The notes: generated from the letters alone by a model not told the origin. Positions 25,720 to 38,385 are shown, counted from the first letter of the stretch. The stretch is 45,699 nt of DNA from an uncultured bacterium (GCA_903929735.1 CAIYVW010000037.1:1-45699); one strand, 5' to 3'. Program-made: numbers and translations.

Positions 25720-26012
25720 AATATTTGTTTTACTTTTATAAATCCACTTTCTGTATCTGGAACTTCAGCCATTATCTTTTCTGTATATTCTCCTCTTGTA
25801 TTTGTTGCTATATCTTCACGCATAATATTATGTAATTTATGATTTTCAATATTATCTGTAGCAACTTCATCTCCGCTTAAATTAGAAACTTCTTGGACTT
25901 GTCCAACATAAGAAAGAATCGATCCAAAACTCTTGGCGATTTCTTTCATTTCATCCTCATCCATATCAATGCGAGCCATAACGGCTAATTTCTTAATATC
26001 TTCTATTTCCAT
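25716..26012 (-). CDS. gatC: Asp/Glu-tRNA amidotransferase subunit C
   Basis: IKKLAVMARI...ILSYV...MRED...FIKVKQIL; overlaps the gatA start. Confidence 0.92.
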   Translation of the reverse strand: MEIEDIKKLAVMARIDMDEDEMKEIAKSFGSILSYVGQVQEVSNLSGDEVATDNIENHKLHNIMREDIATNTRGEYTEKIMAEVPDTESGFIKVKQIL

Positions 26013-26084
26013 ATGAAAAGAATAACATATTTCTATGATTTTTAAAATAATCCCTAAATTAAGGATTATTTTAATAAAGACTTT

Positions 26085-28178
<2,094 letters not shown>

Positions 28179-28649
28179 TTAATAATCAATTTTAACAGCA
28201 CGTTCTACTGTTCGCATACTACTAGTATTACAAACATTATAACCCTTGGCTACAATATTCGTCGTAATAGCAGATCCAGTATCAGTCTTGGTCACTATAA
28301 TTCTAAAACATTTATTACTAGATACACTATCTAAGGCTATTGGATTCAAATTATAAGTAGTAACTGAACCATTCACAATAGGAGTTGGATAATCCAAAGT
28401 ATAACCACCACATACCCAAGGATTAGTAGGAGGCAGCATATTATATTGATTATCTAAATACATAGCGCATTCTGAAGCAATATCTGACTGATAAAATGCA
28501 GTCATTGAATCCTGAGAAACAGCAGAAAGAATTAATTGCTTATAAGCAGCATTTGATAAACCTATAGTTATAAGAGCAATAATAGCTACAACTACCATTG
28601 TAAAAAGTATTGCATATCCTTCATTTTTAATTGTTTTTTTATTTTTCAT
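28179..28649 (-). CDS. PilX-like minor pilin
   Basis: GYAILFTMVVV type III signal lacking E5; AFYQSDIASEC motif; last gene of the pilin cluster. Confidence 0.75.
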   Translation of the reverse strand: MKNKKTIKNEGYAILFTMVVVAIIALITIGLSNAAYKQLILSAVSQDSMTAFYQSDIASECAMYLDNQYNMLPPTNPWVCGGYTLDYPTPIVNGSVTTYNLNPIALDSVSSNKCFRIIVTKTDTGSAITTNIVAKGYNVCNTSSMRTVERAVKIDY

Positions 28650-29270
28650 TTAATTTTGCCAATTCAAAAGACTTTCTTCTAATGTTTGTGTCTTTGTAGA
28701 AGTACCATTTTTCCAGTCGACAGTAACTATAACTTTTACTTCGTCATCACTCACTTTAGTCATCTTAATAGTTCTTCTAAAATTACTAGTGACACCAGTA
28801 CCGTTCCCACTATAAAAAATAGTAGCATTATCAGCACTATTATAAATTAGATATGGGCATGTACCACTACAACTACCTATATCATTATAAGTCATATTAG
28901 TAGGATCATATGATTCAATTTTTAAATAACAACCACTAGATGAAAAACAGTACAAACTTGGATAACCGTATCTTGTTAAAAATTGAATCCAGCCCCCTCC
29001 TGTATCTTTCTGTTGGAAAGCTATAGAGTCTCGACTATTTCTTACAGAATCTATACCTTCTTGTAAAAGAAAATTAGCTGTTATGGCATTGTTTGCATAA
29101 CGAGCTGATGTTGCAGAAGAAGCAGTTAAGCTAAGCATAGAAGCAATAGAAACTGTCAAAATAAATATTGCTACTATTGCTTCTACTATTGTAAAACCCC
29201 CAGAAGTATTCCTCTGACTTTTTTCTAAAAATTCACAATATTTTTTATAAATTTTAAATAATTTTTTCAT
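28650..29270 (-). CDS. PilV-like minor pilin (probable start 29270)
   Basis: GFTIVEAIVAI prepilin motif; LQEGIDSVRN. Confidence 0.8.
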   Translation of the reverse strand: MKKLFKIYKKYCEFLEKSQRNTSGGFTIVEAIVAIFILTVSIASMLSLTASSATSARYANNAITANFLLQEGIDSVRNSRDSIAFQQKDTGGGWIQFLTRYGYPSLYCFSSSGCYLKIESYDPTNMTYNDIGSCSGTCPYLIYNSADNATIFYSGNGTGVTSNFRRTIKMTKVSDDEVKVIVTVDWKNGTSTKTQTLEESLLNWQN

Positions 29271-29271
29271 A

Positions 29272-29913
29272 TTAATTTTCTGTTGAACGTTGTGATGCCA
29301 TTGATTGAAGTATAAATGGAGTGGCCACACCTTTTATAGTAACTACTCCCTTTACTAAAATTTTAACACTTGATTGAACATTAATATTTGGTGCTGTATT
29401 ATCAGACCCTCTCACATAAAATTTTAAAGTTGTTATATTTACATTAGTGGAAACAATGTCTGAACATGTTTTATATGTAGTATATTCACATCGCTCTATA
29501 CCTCTAGTACCATCTGGTCTGGCATCCGTAAGTTTATAAGCAACTCTACTTGAACTTGAACCTACTTGTGGATTAAAAGCAATAATATTCCCACCAGAAG
29601 TAGCACAATCCAAAGAATAACCAATAGAAGCCATATTAACTACATCTGTCTCACATTCATAATGTGTTCCTGTTCTAAGCTCACGAGTTATACTCTCCAT
29701 AGCAAAATTTACATTATCTACCGCTGTTCTTAATTTCTGGGCTGTTTTAGCCAGATTAGAAGAAACAACAAGAGAGCCCACCCCCATAAGCATAATAATA
29801 GTAAAAAGTGTTGTAGCAACCATTAATTCTATTAAAGTAAAACCACTAAGATTATTTGATCTTCTATGGTTGCCATTAATCCTATTATTTTTAAAATTAA
29901 TATAAAAAATCAT
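29272..29913 (-). CDS. PilW-like minor pilin
   Basis: GFTLIELMVA; MESITRELR. Confidence 0.8.
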   Translation of the reverse strand: MIFYINFKNNRINGNHRRSNNLSGFTLIELMVATTLFTIIMLMGVGSLVVSSNLAKTAQKLRTAVDNVNFAMESITRELRTGTHYECETDVVNMASIGYSLDCATSGGNIIAFNPQVGSSSSRVAYKLTDARPDGTRGIERCEYTTYKTCSDIVSTNVNITTLKFYVRGSDNTAPNINVQSSVKILVKGVVTIKGVATPFILQSMASQRSTEN

Positions 29914-29914
29914 A

Positions 29915-30592
29915 TTATTGAATACTTATTTGACCTGTATTTTGAACTGATATAGTTTTAGTCTTTTCATTTGGAGATACTTGACCATTTGAGATAATAA
30001 TACTTACACTAGAAATATTACTAACACAAGATGATGCCATAGTAGCTCTATAACAAAAATAGGCTCTAGGGTCAGGACGAGAAAAAATAATATCCAATGT
30101 TGACCCAGCAGGTTCAACTGTAACAGTTCCATTTATTGTTACATCTATTTCTTTTATTTTATCCGCTGTCGATATACTAAAAGCTTCAAGACAAGTAGTA
30201 GATCCTCCACAGGCACCTGTCCCTGTAACAGTATAATATTTATTTGAGGGACTTGTGTAAAACATTAGGAAAGACTTAGTAGAAGCATTTAGAGGGTCTG
30301 TCGTAGTAGTATCAGTAGAAAAATGCATTCCATAACTTTCAGAAAAGTCTCCTCCCACTGCAGCACGAGCTCCTATCGCAAAACTTTGAGCTTTACGTAT
30401 GGACATTGCTATATCATCTGCAATATTTTGCATTGAAACACTTGACCTAAAACTTCCATAATTAAAAATAACAGTAGATGATATAACAAGAAAGATAGAT
30501 ATAACAACAATCAACTCAATTAAAGTTAATCCTTTATTATAAGTTGAATCTAAATGATTTCTTTTTAATTTTAAATTATTAATAATCATCAA
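29915..30592 (-). CDS. FimT/FimU-like minor pilin
   Basis: GLTLIELIVV; IRKAQSFA; C-terminal TGQI. Confidence 0.78.
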   Translation of the reverse strand: MMIINNLKLKRNHLDSTYNKGLTLIELIVVISIFLVISSTVIFNYGSFRSSVSMQNIADDIAMSIRKAQSFAIGARAAVGGDFSESYGMHFSTDTTTTDPLNASTKSFLMFYTSPSNKYYTVTGTGACGGSTTCLEAFSISTADKIKEIDVTINGTVTVEPAGSTLDIIFSRPDPRAYFCYRATMASSCVSNISSVSIIISNGQVSPNEKTKTISVQNTGQISIQ

Positions 30593-30601
30593 AATATTAA
30601 A

Positions 30602-31414
30602 TTAAAAATGGAAAAATGAAGATAATGTAAAGATATCTAAACTAAACAAAAAAACAATAAGGGCACCAATTATCAAAAAAGGAGCAAATGGTATTTCTGA
30701 CTTCATATTTATTTTCTTTTTAGAAGCAAACATCACCAAAAGACTTATAACTGCCCCAATCCAAAATGACAAAATAATAGATGCTATACCTAATGATAAT
30801 CCTAGCATCCATCCTATACCTAACATTAACTTTGCATCCCCTAACCCCATCCATTTACCTCTAGATAAAAGCCACAAAAGAGCAAAAGGAGAAGCTAGTA
30901 TAGGACCAGCTAAAATATAAGATAGATTTGGATGTATAAATAATTGACCTACACTCATATGATTTATAAAAATAGATAAGAATGAAGCAATGATAAAGAC
31001 TAAAACTAATTTATCAGGTATAACCTTATGACGAATATCATAAACAGAAATAACTATTAATATAGAAAAAATAAAAACAAAATAAGTTACAAGGAATAAG
31101 TATGATAGTGGTACAAAATATAAAGCTGGAAGAAAATGATATGCAATTAAAACAAAAACTAATCCTGTAACAAACTCAACTATAGGATACTGATGAGATA
31201 TGACTTCTTTGCATCGAAGACATTTACCTGATTGCATTACATATGAAAGTATCGGTATAAGTTCATACCAACGAAGTGTTCTATTACAAGTCATACAGAT
31301 AGACCTGCCTTTTACTATAGTTCTGCCAGTATTAAATCGATAAATGACGACATTCAAAAAACTTCCAATAATTGTTCCTAGTAAAAATATAAAGACAAAA
31401 ATAAGGATATTCAT
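30602..31414 (-). CDS. pilD: Prepilin peptidase
   Basis: GSFLNVVIYR, CxxC pairs, YDIRH, MGLGDAKL, IPFAPFL. Confidence 0.95.
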   Translation of the reverse strand: MNILIFVFIFLLGTIIGSFLNVVIYRFNTGRTIVKGRSICMTCNRTLRWYELIPILSYVMQSGKCLRCKEVISHQYPIVEFVTGLVFVLIAYHFLPALYFVPLSYLFLVTYFVFIFSILIVISVYDIRHKVIPDKLVLVFIIASFLSIFINHMSVGQLFIHPNLSYILAGPILASPFALLWLLSRGKWMGLGDAKLMLGIGWMLGLSLGIASIILSFWIGAVISLLVMFASKKKINMKSEIPFAPFLIIGALIVFLFSLDIFTLSSFFHF

Positions 31415-31444
31415 AGAGCTATTATAACATTATAAAAATTAAAT

Positions 31445-31482
31445 AAAAATAGAGATATCCATAAATGGATATCTCTATTTTT
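31445..31482 (-). terminator. Terminator-like perfect IR after the pilin
   Basis: AAAAATAGAGATATCCAT-AA-ATGGATATCTCTATTTTT. Confidence 0.6.
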
Positions 31483-31494
31483 AGAATAGAAAGA

Positions 31495-31953
31495 TTATTG
31501 ACAAAAAGCATTAGTACCTCCTATAGAAGTTGTAGTCACAATACCCTTCCTAGTATAATCTACACAATAGAAAGATCCAGAAACTGTACTTAATGGAACT
31601 TCTGCCGCCCATCCAGTAGAAGTATCATTACATCTTACAGCAGATGTTCCTGTACCGTTAACTGTAACAGCTAAATTATAACCATTTGATTTACCGGAAC
31701 TAAGAACCATACTATTTATACCTTTTGGAGTTAGGGCATCTGAAGCAGTAGCACATACATTTGTATAATTGAAACTGTTATTATAATATAAATCGGCCTG
31801 AATACGAGCTTGATTCATACCTGTTTTAACCGCAGCATCATTACCTTTACTTCTAGCACTATTTAATGCAGCCAAAACAACTGATGCTAAAATACCTATA
31901 ATTGCAATAACAACCAAAAGTTCGATAAGTGTAAAACCTTTATTTTTTTCCAT
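31495..31953 (-). CDS. Type IV pilin
   Basis: KGFTLIELLVVIAIIGILASVVLA; C-terminal YCVD...C. Confidence 0.92.
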   Translation of the reverse strand: MEKNKGFTLIELLVVIAIIGILASVVLAALNSARSKGNDAAVKTGMNQARIQADLYYNNSFNYTNVCATASDALTPKGINSMVLSSGKSNGYNLAVTVNGTGTSAVRCNDTSTGWAAEVPLSTVSGSFYCVDYTRKGIVTTTSIGGTNAFCQ

Positions 31954-32011
31954 AGTAATTCAAAAGAAATTAATATACTTTTATTAATATAATTATTATA
32001 TCACAAAAAAT

Positions 32012-32047
32012 AAAAAACATCCTCATTAATTAATGAGGATGTTTTTT
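32012..32047 (-). terminator. Perfect palindrome after the pilin
   Basis: AAAAAACATCCTCATTAATTAATGAGGATGTTTTTT. Confidence 0.55.
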
Positions 32048-32070
32048 ACAGATTAAAAGTAAAATCTATT

Positions 32071-32508
32071 TTATAGACAAGTTACGTCAGCTGAAGATGC
32101 TCCTGCAGTAATCTTTGTGCCTGTATTCTGAACAGACAAACCTGATGAGTCAACACACCACCACTTTGTTGTATCTGATTTTAAAGTAGCTTCCATAGCC
32201 CATCCAGTAGCATTATCTCCACACTTAACGTTTGTTCCTCCTGCACCTGTTGCTCCTGTTACCATTGTAGCTATTCCTCCTGGAGTAGCAGTGTTAGCTG
32301 CGGCACAAACACCGGCATAACTATTTGAATTATCTGTATAATAAAGCTCAGCTTGAGCACGAGCATTATTTATATTTGACTTAATAGCAGCGTCTGCTCC
32401 TTTACTACGAGCAGTATTCAAAGAAGCCAAAACAACTGATGCTAAAATACCTATAATTGCAATAACAACCAAAAGTTCGATAAGTGTAAAACCTTTATTT
32501 TTTTTCAT
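32071..32508 (-). CDS. Type IV pilin (probable major pilin)
   Basis: KGFTLIELLVVIAIIGILASVVLA; WCVDS; flanked by its own intergenic region and terminator. Confidence 0.92.
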   Translation of the reverse strand: MKKNKGFTLIELLVVIAIIGILASVVLASLNTARSKGADAAIKSNINNARAQAELYYTDNSNSYAGVCAAANTATPGGIATMVTGATGAGGTNVKCGDNATGWAMEATLKSDTTKWWCVDSSGLSVQNTGTKITAGASSADVTCL

Positions 32509-32667
32509 AATTTATTTTCCGCTTTTATGCGGATCCGCTTTTGCGGAAAATATTAATTAAACTTATAATAATTTGTCTTTTATATAAAAGACGCGACCTT
32601 ACTTTTTAATATGTTTATTATATCATATATAAAAATTAAAAGCACAATATCTATATAATGTGGATAA

Positions 32668-32709
32668 ATATTAGAAAAGCTCCATTATACTATGGAGCTT
32701 TTCTAATAT
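32668..32709 (-). terminator. Terminator after pilC
   Basis: AATATTAGAAAAGCTCCA...TGGAGCTTTTCTAATATT. Confidence 0.6.
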
Positions 32710-32723
32710 TTCTTTTATGTTAT

Positions 32724-33932
32724 TTAATTTACACCTCCTGCAATATTATATATCGGCATCAAAACAGATGTTAAGAGTAATCCAACTCCGAGACCAAGTG
32801 CAACTATCATCATAGGCTCAATAAGACCCACAAGAGTATCTACTGCCTCATTCACCTCACGAGCGTAGAATTTACCTAATGTCTTTAAAATACTACCAAG
32901 CGACCCCGTCTCTTCTCCTACGTGAACCATACCAGACATTATAGGAGGTATCTCTGGATATGAAGCTAATGCTTCCGAGAGAGACTTACCACTTTTAACT
33001 TTTTCTGCTGCATCTTTTAGTAAATCCTCAAAAATTCTATTACCAACAACGACAGAGGTAAGCTCAATAGCACGAATAATAGTAATACCTGATGAAAGCA
33101 TCGTATCCATATTATCAGATATTCTAGAAAGATAAAGTTTTATATATATACTTTTGAAAACTGGAATTGAAATCTTTGCCCTATCTATATATTTCATACC
33201 TGAAATAGTTTTAGTTAGTCTAAAAATATAAAGCCCGAAAACAACTAAGCCAAGAACAACAAATAAACCATATTTAGTTAGCATATCACTTATACCAAAA
33301 ACTAACTTTGTAGAAAAAGGAATTTCTTGACCTGAATCTCTAATAATAGATTCAAGTCTAGGAACTATGAAAACAAACATAAGAGTCATAACAACAAGGA
33401 AAACCCCTATAACGAAACCTGGATAGATAAGTGCATTCTTTGTCTTGGAAGTTAATTGATATTGACGATCCAAATAATCAGCCAAATAAGCAAATGTTTG
33501 AGTTAACTTTCCTGACTCTTCTCCAGCTCTTATCATATTTATATAAAACACAGAAAAAGTGTCGGGATGACGAGATAGTGCTTCAGAAATAGAAACTCCA
33601 GCCTCTATATCAGTAGATATAGTATTTAAAACTTTCACTAAAGCAGGATTTTCAGTGTTTGTAGCAAGCAAGTTAAAAGCTTTCAGAGCAGATACTTGAG
33701 CTTCGAACAAAGTTGAAATCTGCCTAGACATAATAACTATGTCTTTCATTTTTACTTTTTTATCAAAAAATGACAAATGTAAAATACCATTATTACCACC
33801 CTCTTCTTTAATAGAAGAAACAATAAGTCCTCTGCGTTGTAGAGATGAAATAGCAGAATCCTTAGAAGAAGCATCTATCGAGCCTGACTTTTTTTCTCCT
33901 ATATTTGTAATAGCTTCGTATTTAAATAACAT
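32724..33932 (-). CDS. pilC: Type IV pilus platform protein (GspF family)
   Basis: AGEESGKL, ALIYP, VGEETGSL, LIEP. Confidence 0.93.
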   Translation of the reverse strand: MLFKYEAITNIGEKKSGSIDASSKDSAISSLQRRGLIVSSIKEEGGNNGILHLSFFDKKVKMKDIVIMSRQISTLFEAQVSALKAFNLLATNTENPALVKVLNTISTDIEAGVSISEALSRHPDTFSVFYINMIRAGEESGKLTQTFAYLADYLDRQYQLTSKTKNALIYPGFVIGVFLVVMTLMFVFIVPRLESIIRDSGQEIPFSTKLVFGISDMLTKYGLFVVLGLVVFGLYIFRLTKTISGMKYIDRAKISIPVFKSIYIKLYLSRISDNMDTMLSSGITIIRAIELTSVVVGNRIFEDLLKDAAEKVKSGKSLSEALASYPEIPPIMSGMVHVGEETGSLGSILKTLGKFYAREVNEAVDTLVGLIEPMMIVALGLGVGLLLTSVLMPIYNIAGGVN

Positions 33933-33936
33933 AAAT

Positions 33937-34995
33937 TTATAACATTCTTTCTAGAGCCTTAGGATTAAATGAGTACTGATATGCACTTTCGAGAGAAATT
34001 TCACCTTTTGCTACGAGTTCCACTAAGTATCTGTTCATATCTATCATACCCTGTTCAGAAGATGTTTCTATCACTGTATTTATCTCATGAGTTCTTTTCT
34101 CTCTTATAAGGTTTGCCACAGCATTATTATTTATAAGTAATTCAAAAGCAGGAATACGTCCTCCAACTACTCGAGGTATAAGACGCTGAGATAAAATACC
34201 AACTAAACTAGAAGCTAGTTGAAGTCTTATCTGGTCTTGTTGATTTGCGGGGAATGAATCTATAATACGATCTATTGTCTGAGGTGCATTATTCGTGTGT
34301 AGTGTAGAGAATACTAAATGTCCAGTTTCAGCAGCTGTTACAGCAGCAGACATTGTCTCAATATTTCTCATTTCTCCTATAAGTATAACGTTTACATCCT
34401 CACGAAATGCTGCCTTTAGTGCTTGAGGAAAGTCATTAGTATCTAAGCCAACTTCTCTTTGATCTATAATAGACTTATCTTGCTGATACACATACTCAAT
34501 AGGATCTTCAATTGTTATGATATGAGTGGTACTTTCACTATTTATATAATTAATCATAGTAGAAAGAGTTGTAGACTTGCCTTGACCAACAGGACCAACA
34601 ACTAAAAAGAAACCTTGTTTTCTCATAGCAAAATTCTTTAATGATTCTGGAAGATTTAAATCTTCAAAACTTTTAGATTTTGGAACAAGTCTTAAGGCAA
34701 CACATATACCTCCTTTCTGAAAGAAAGCATTCCCTCTTAGATGAGTTAAGCCTTTAAAGGAAAAAGAAAAATCTAATTCTTTTGTGTCTATGAATTTTTT
34801 AATTTTTTCTGGATCTAATAATACACCTAAAATACCCATCATATTTTCATGGGTTAGAGCTTCTTTATTTGAAAGAAAAATAAGCTGACCATTTATACGA
34901 ACGGCTGGTTTACGTCCAACACCCATATGTAAATCTGATCCATCTTCATGAATCAAGCTAGTTAATATTTCATCTAAAAATTTATTATAATCCAT
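33937..34995 (-). CDS. pilT: Pilus retraction ATPase
   Basis: SDLH, GPVGQGKST, TIEDPIE, GEMR, AAETGHLVFSTLH, NLIRE. Confidence 0.93.
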   Translation of the reverse strand: MDYNKFLDEILTSLIHEDGSDLHMGVGRKPAVRINGQLIFLSNKEALTHENMMGILGVLLDPEKIKKFIDTKELDFSFSFKGLTHLRGNAFFQKGGICVALRLVPKSKSFEDLNLPESLKNFAMRKQGFFLVVGPVGQGKSTTLSTMINYINSESTTHIITIEDPIEYVYQQDKSIIDQREVGLDTNDFPQALKAAFREDVNVILIGEMRNIETMSAAVTAAETGHLVFSTLHTNNAPQTIDRIIDSFPANQQDQIRLQLASSLVGILSQRLIPRVVGGRIPAFELLINNNAVANLIREKRTHEINTVIETSSEQGMIDMNRYLVELVAKGEISLESAYQYSFNPKALERML

Positions 34996-35410
34996 TCTTT
35001 AAATTGTTATTTTCATTAATAATACTTCTAACTTTTTCTATAACTTCAGTAGGAGTACTAGAAGCTTTTACTATATAACCTACTGCTCCTAGAGACTGAC
35101 CACGTGCTATATCTAATGGTTGACCTCTATTTGATAAGATAATTCTTAAAGCACTAGGTACCAACTTCTCTTCATTCATTTTTTCCATAAATTCAAAACC
35201 GTCCATAACAGGCATAACTATATCTAAAAGTATAATATCAGGCACTAAACCAGAGTGTAACAAATCTAGAGCTATCTCTGGACCTAGAGCTGGATAAACA
35301 TCAAAACTGGATTTCTTAAACTTCAATGAATACATATCCAGAAGAAAGTTATCATCATCTACAATAAGAATTTTTTTATTTAATTCCATAATATATATAT
35401 TATAATACAA
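34985..35410 (-). CDS. Single-domain response regulator
   Basis: ILIVDDD, LLDIVMPVMDG, ILSN, YIVK. Confidence 0.9.
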   Translation of the reverse strand: MYYNIYIMELNKKILIVDDDNFLLDMYSLKFKKSSFDVYPALGPEIALDLLHSGLVPDIILLDIVMPVMDGFEFMEKMNEEKLVPSALRIILSNRGQPLDIARGQSLGAVGYIVKASSTPTEVIEKVRSIINENNNLKNGL

Positions 35411-35433
35411 TCACAATTGTTTTCCTATACTAA

Positions 35434-37152
35434 CTAAAAATTATATATTTCTTTAAAAGGCACTAAACCATTAATACTTTTAACAATGGCATCTTCTCGA
35501 ATAGTAAGCATACCTCTGGAACGTGCCAGTTTATAGATCTCTTGTTCTTGTGGCCTTTTAAGTATTATATCTCTCATTTCTTTATCTATTTTAAACATTT
35601 CATAGACAGGAACACGTCCTTTCATACCAGATGGACATTCAGGAGATGGAACTGCTTCATAGAATGAATTTCCAAAATTAATTTTGGATTTAAATTCTTC
35701 TGGTAAATCAGCAAAATGTGTTTCTATCATGAGCTTTGTTGCTTCATCCATAGGAACTTCTTTTTTAGACTCAGGATATATTTTACGAGCTAAACGTTGA
35801 GCAATACAAAGAACTAAAGTAGGAGCTATAAGATATGGATCTATACCCATATCTATAAGACGAGGAATTGCTCCGACTGCACTATTCGTATGCAGAGTTG
35901 AAAGAACTAGGTGACCAGTAAGAGCTGCCTGAATAGCTAGTTCTGCTGTTTCTTTATCACGAATCTCTCCCACCATTATAATATTTGGGTCTTGTCTTAA
36001 TATAGAACGAAGTCCAGAAGCAAATGTATATCCAATTTCTGGAGCAACTTGAGACTGATTTATACCTTCCATGTGATACTCAACTGGATCTTCTAGAGAA
36101 ACAATATTATCTTTCTCATGGTCTAATTCATTCAACATAGAGTAAAGAGTTGTTGTTTTACCAGAACCTGTTGGCCCAGTAATAAGAATAAGACCGTAAG
36201 GCATATGTAAAGCTTCTCTTACAAGTTCAAGATTCCCTAGAGACATATCAAGATCATTCAAAGGTTTAACACCTCTTTGAGAATCAAGAATACGCATAAC
36301 AATTTTCTCTCCATAATAAGAAGGCATTGTAGACACACGGTAATCAATCTTTCTTCCTTCTATCTTTGCTGAAAAACCTCCATCTTGAGGCTTACGTTTT
36401 TCATCTAATCTTAATTTAGAAAGAATTTTAATACGAGCAACTACTCCATTATAAACAGCAACAGGAAGTATAAGAGAAGTATGTAATATACCATCTACAC
36501 GAAAACGAACTTTTATTTTGTCCCCCGTATGTTCTATATGTATATCTGAGGCATTACCTTCAACTGCATGTCTTAGAATAACTGCTACAATTTTTATAAT
36601 CGGAGCATCTTCTGTAATTTTCTCATCTTCCTTTTTTTCTCCTTCTTTTTTTTCTTTAGATTTATCGCCCCCTGCTATTGCTATCTCTTGATCTAATTCT
36701 GATAAAACTAAGTCAACTTCACTTCCCAAAGAATCGTATTTTTCTATTAATTTATTATAGACAGAATTACTAATTAAAAATAACTTAAATGGCTTATCCA
36801 TTTTAGCTGTAATAAAAGTTAAGACATCTATAGCCTGAACGTTCTCTGGGTCCACAATACCAATTTCAAGAATATTGTTAGTTACTCCTATAGGAACAAA
36901 GCGATAACTTTTAGCAGTTTCTACTGGAATTATTTTAAGAACAGATGGAACAACTAGACTTGGATCTATTTTTTTAATAGGAATATTAAAAATTGACCCT
37001 TTTATTTCAAGAATTAAATCTTCATCTATATTGTTATGTATAAGTGCCTGCTCTATATCTCCGTTGTACTTATCTTCAGCTGTTTTTACTATCTCAGGTA
37101 CTTGGTCTTCTTGTAAAAGGCCACGTTTTACTAATTCTTCTAAGATTATCAT
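35434..37152 (-). CDS. pilB: Pilus assembly ATPase (GspE/PilB)
   Basis: ASDIHIE, RFRVDG, PQDG, GPTGSGKTT, LRQDP, GEIRD. Confidence 0.95.
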   Translation of the reverse strand: MIILEELVKRGLLQEDQVPEIVKTAEDKYNGDIEQALIHNNIDEDLILEIKGSIFNIPIKKIDPSLVVPSVLKIIPVETAKSYRFVPIGVTNNILEIGIVDPENVQAIDVLTFITAKMDKPFKLFLISNSVYNKLIEKYDSLGSEVDLVLSELDQEIAIAGGDKSKEKKEGEKKEDEKITEDAPIIKIVAVILRHAVEGNASDIHIEHTGDKIKVRFRVDGILHTSLILPVAVYNGVVARIKILSKLRLDEKRKPQDGGFSAKIEGRKIDYRVSTMPSYYGEKIVMRILDSQRGVKPLNDLDMSLGNLELVREALHMPYGLILITGPTGSGKTTTLYSMLNELDHEKDNIVSLEDPVEYHMEGINQSQVAPEIGYTFASGLRSILRQDPNIIMVGEIRDKETAELAIQAALTGHLVLSTLHTNSAVGAIPRLIDMGIDPYLIAPTLVLCIAQRLARKIYPESKKEVPMDEATKLMIETHFADLPEEFKSKINFGNSFYEAVPSPECPSGMKGRVPVYEMFKIDKEMRDIILKRPQEQEIYKLARSRGMLTIREDAIVKSINGLVPFKEIYNF

Positions 37153-37154
37153 AT

Positions 37155-37790
37155 TTAGTTAGTATTAAATGACATTATTTGCCCACTGGTTAAAACTCCA
37201 TTTATAACTGCTACTGCGCGATAGTAATATGTAGTTTTCGGATTTAACAAAATAATAGTTGAAGAAAAATTACCAATAAGAGAGGCAGTAAGTTTTGGAG
37301 TTACTTTGCCGAAATTTTGATCGATTCCATATTCAAAGTATATATTATTTGAAGTTGTTCCTTCTAATGAACCATTTAGTATCACAGACCTAGCTGTAAT
37401 ACCAGTAGCTGGATTAGTTTTAAGTAGAGGAACTAAATTGTTCTGAACACCTAGATTATCTGTAGGAGAAAAAGGATTTATACGTCCATAAGGAACAGGG
37501 TCTAATTTAATATTATTATCAACTAGAAGAGTAAAAGACTTATCTGTAAGTAAAGAGGTATCTACCTTTATAGTAGTAAGTGATTTTAACTTATCAAGAA
37601 AGGCTGTATCTTCAGCTGTATTACTATTAGCGTTATTTGTAGTTGCAGAAGTAGTACCTAGAGATGAAGTAATAGCACTATCTGATGAAGCCGCTTCTGA
37701 TTTCAAATCATTATAAAAATAACTATAAACACCAAGAGATATGAATCCAAGTATAGAAACTATTAAAAATTTATTATATTTTCTATGCAT
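37155..37790 (-). CDS. Membrane-anchored protein in the PilP position with a C-terminal FN3-like domain
   Basis: N-terminal TM, GRINPF, FEYG...TTYYYRA. Confidence 0.65.
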   Translation of the reverse strand: MHRKYNKFLIVSILGFISLGVYSYFYNDLKSEAASSDSAITSSLGTTSATTNNANSNTAEDTAFLDKLKSLTTIKVDTSLLTDKSFTLLVDNNIKLDPVPYGRINPFSPTDNLGVQNNLVPLLKTNPATGITARSVILNGSLEGTTSNNIYFEYGIDQNFGKVTPKLTASLIGNFSSTIILLNPKTTYYYRAVAVINGVLTSGQIMSFNTN

Positions 37791-37792
37791 AA

Positions 37793-38383
37793 TTATTTAA
37801 GCCAATAAGTCTCAGCTTTTATTATATAATGATAGCTATTTGGGTCGACTCCAGCAGCTAATTTACCACTTGTATCAGGGACTAAGAATGACATAGATTT
37901 GATATCTACTAATCTTAAGTTGTATTCTAAATCTTTTAAGAAAGGCACAAATTTATCATAACTACCATCAGTAGAAAATTCTATAGGAAAAACTCCATAA
38001 GGTAGATTATCTTTGGAAACAGATGAAACTACTAAATTAGTATTGGCAGGAGCAGCATCATTTTTAACGGTTTCAAATTTAATATCTTTGATGGGCATAT
38101 TATGAAGACTAGCAATACGTTCAATCTCTAATATAAATTGAATATTGTTAACAGAACTTGGTAGAAAATCGCTTAAACGATCTTTGTCTTCTTGTTTAAT
38201 CTGATTATAAGACGTAAGTAAAGAATCTTCTGTTTTCTGAAGAGCAGTCGAATTATCTAATGCTTTATTATAATCTTGTATATCTGTCTTAAGCAAAGTG
38301 ATCTCATTATATTTCGGATTTATAAAAAATATAAAAATTAGAATTGATGCAATTATAGCTATTATTGGAAAAATAAATTTCAT
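37793..38383 (-). CDS. pilO: PilO-like protein
   Basis: TM, coiled coil, FLP, GSYDKF..FLKDLE..LRLVDI. Confidence 0.75.
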   Translation of the reverse strand: MKFIFPIIAIIASILIFIFFINPKYNEITLLKTDIQDYNKALDNSTALQKTEDSLLTSYNQIKQEDKDRLSDFLPSSVNNIQFILEIERIASLHNMPIKDIKFETVKNDAAPANTNLVVSSVSKDNLPYGVFPIEFSTDGSYDKFVPFLKDLEYNLRLVDIKSMSFLVPDTSGKLAAGVDPNSYHYIIKAETYWLK

Positions 38384-38385
38384 AA

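Noticed and set aside
28179-32508. Pilins as additional DGR targets
   Set aside because: No similarity to the TR found by eye in the pilins or elsewhere in the window
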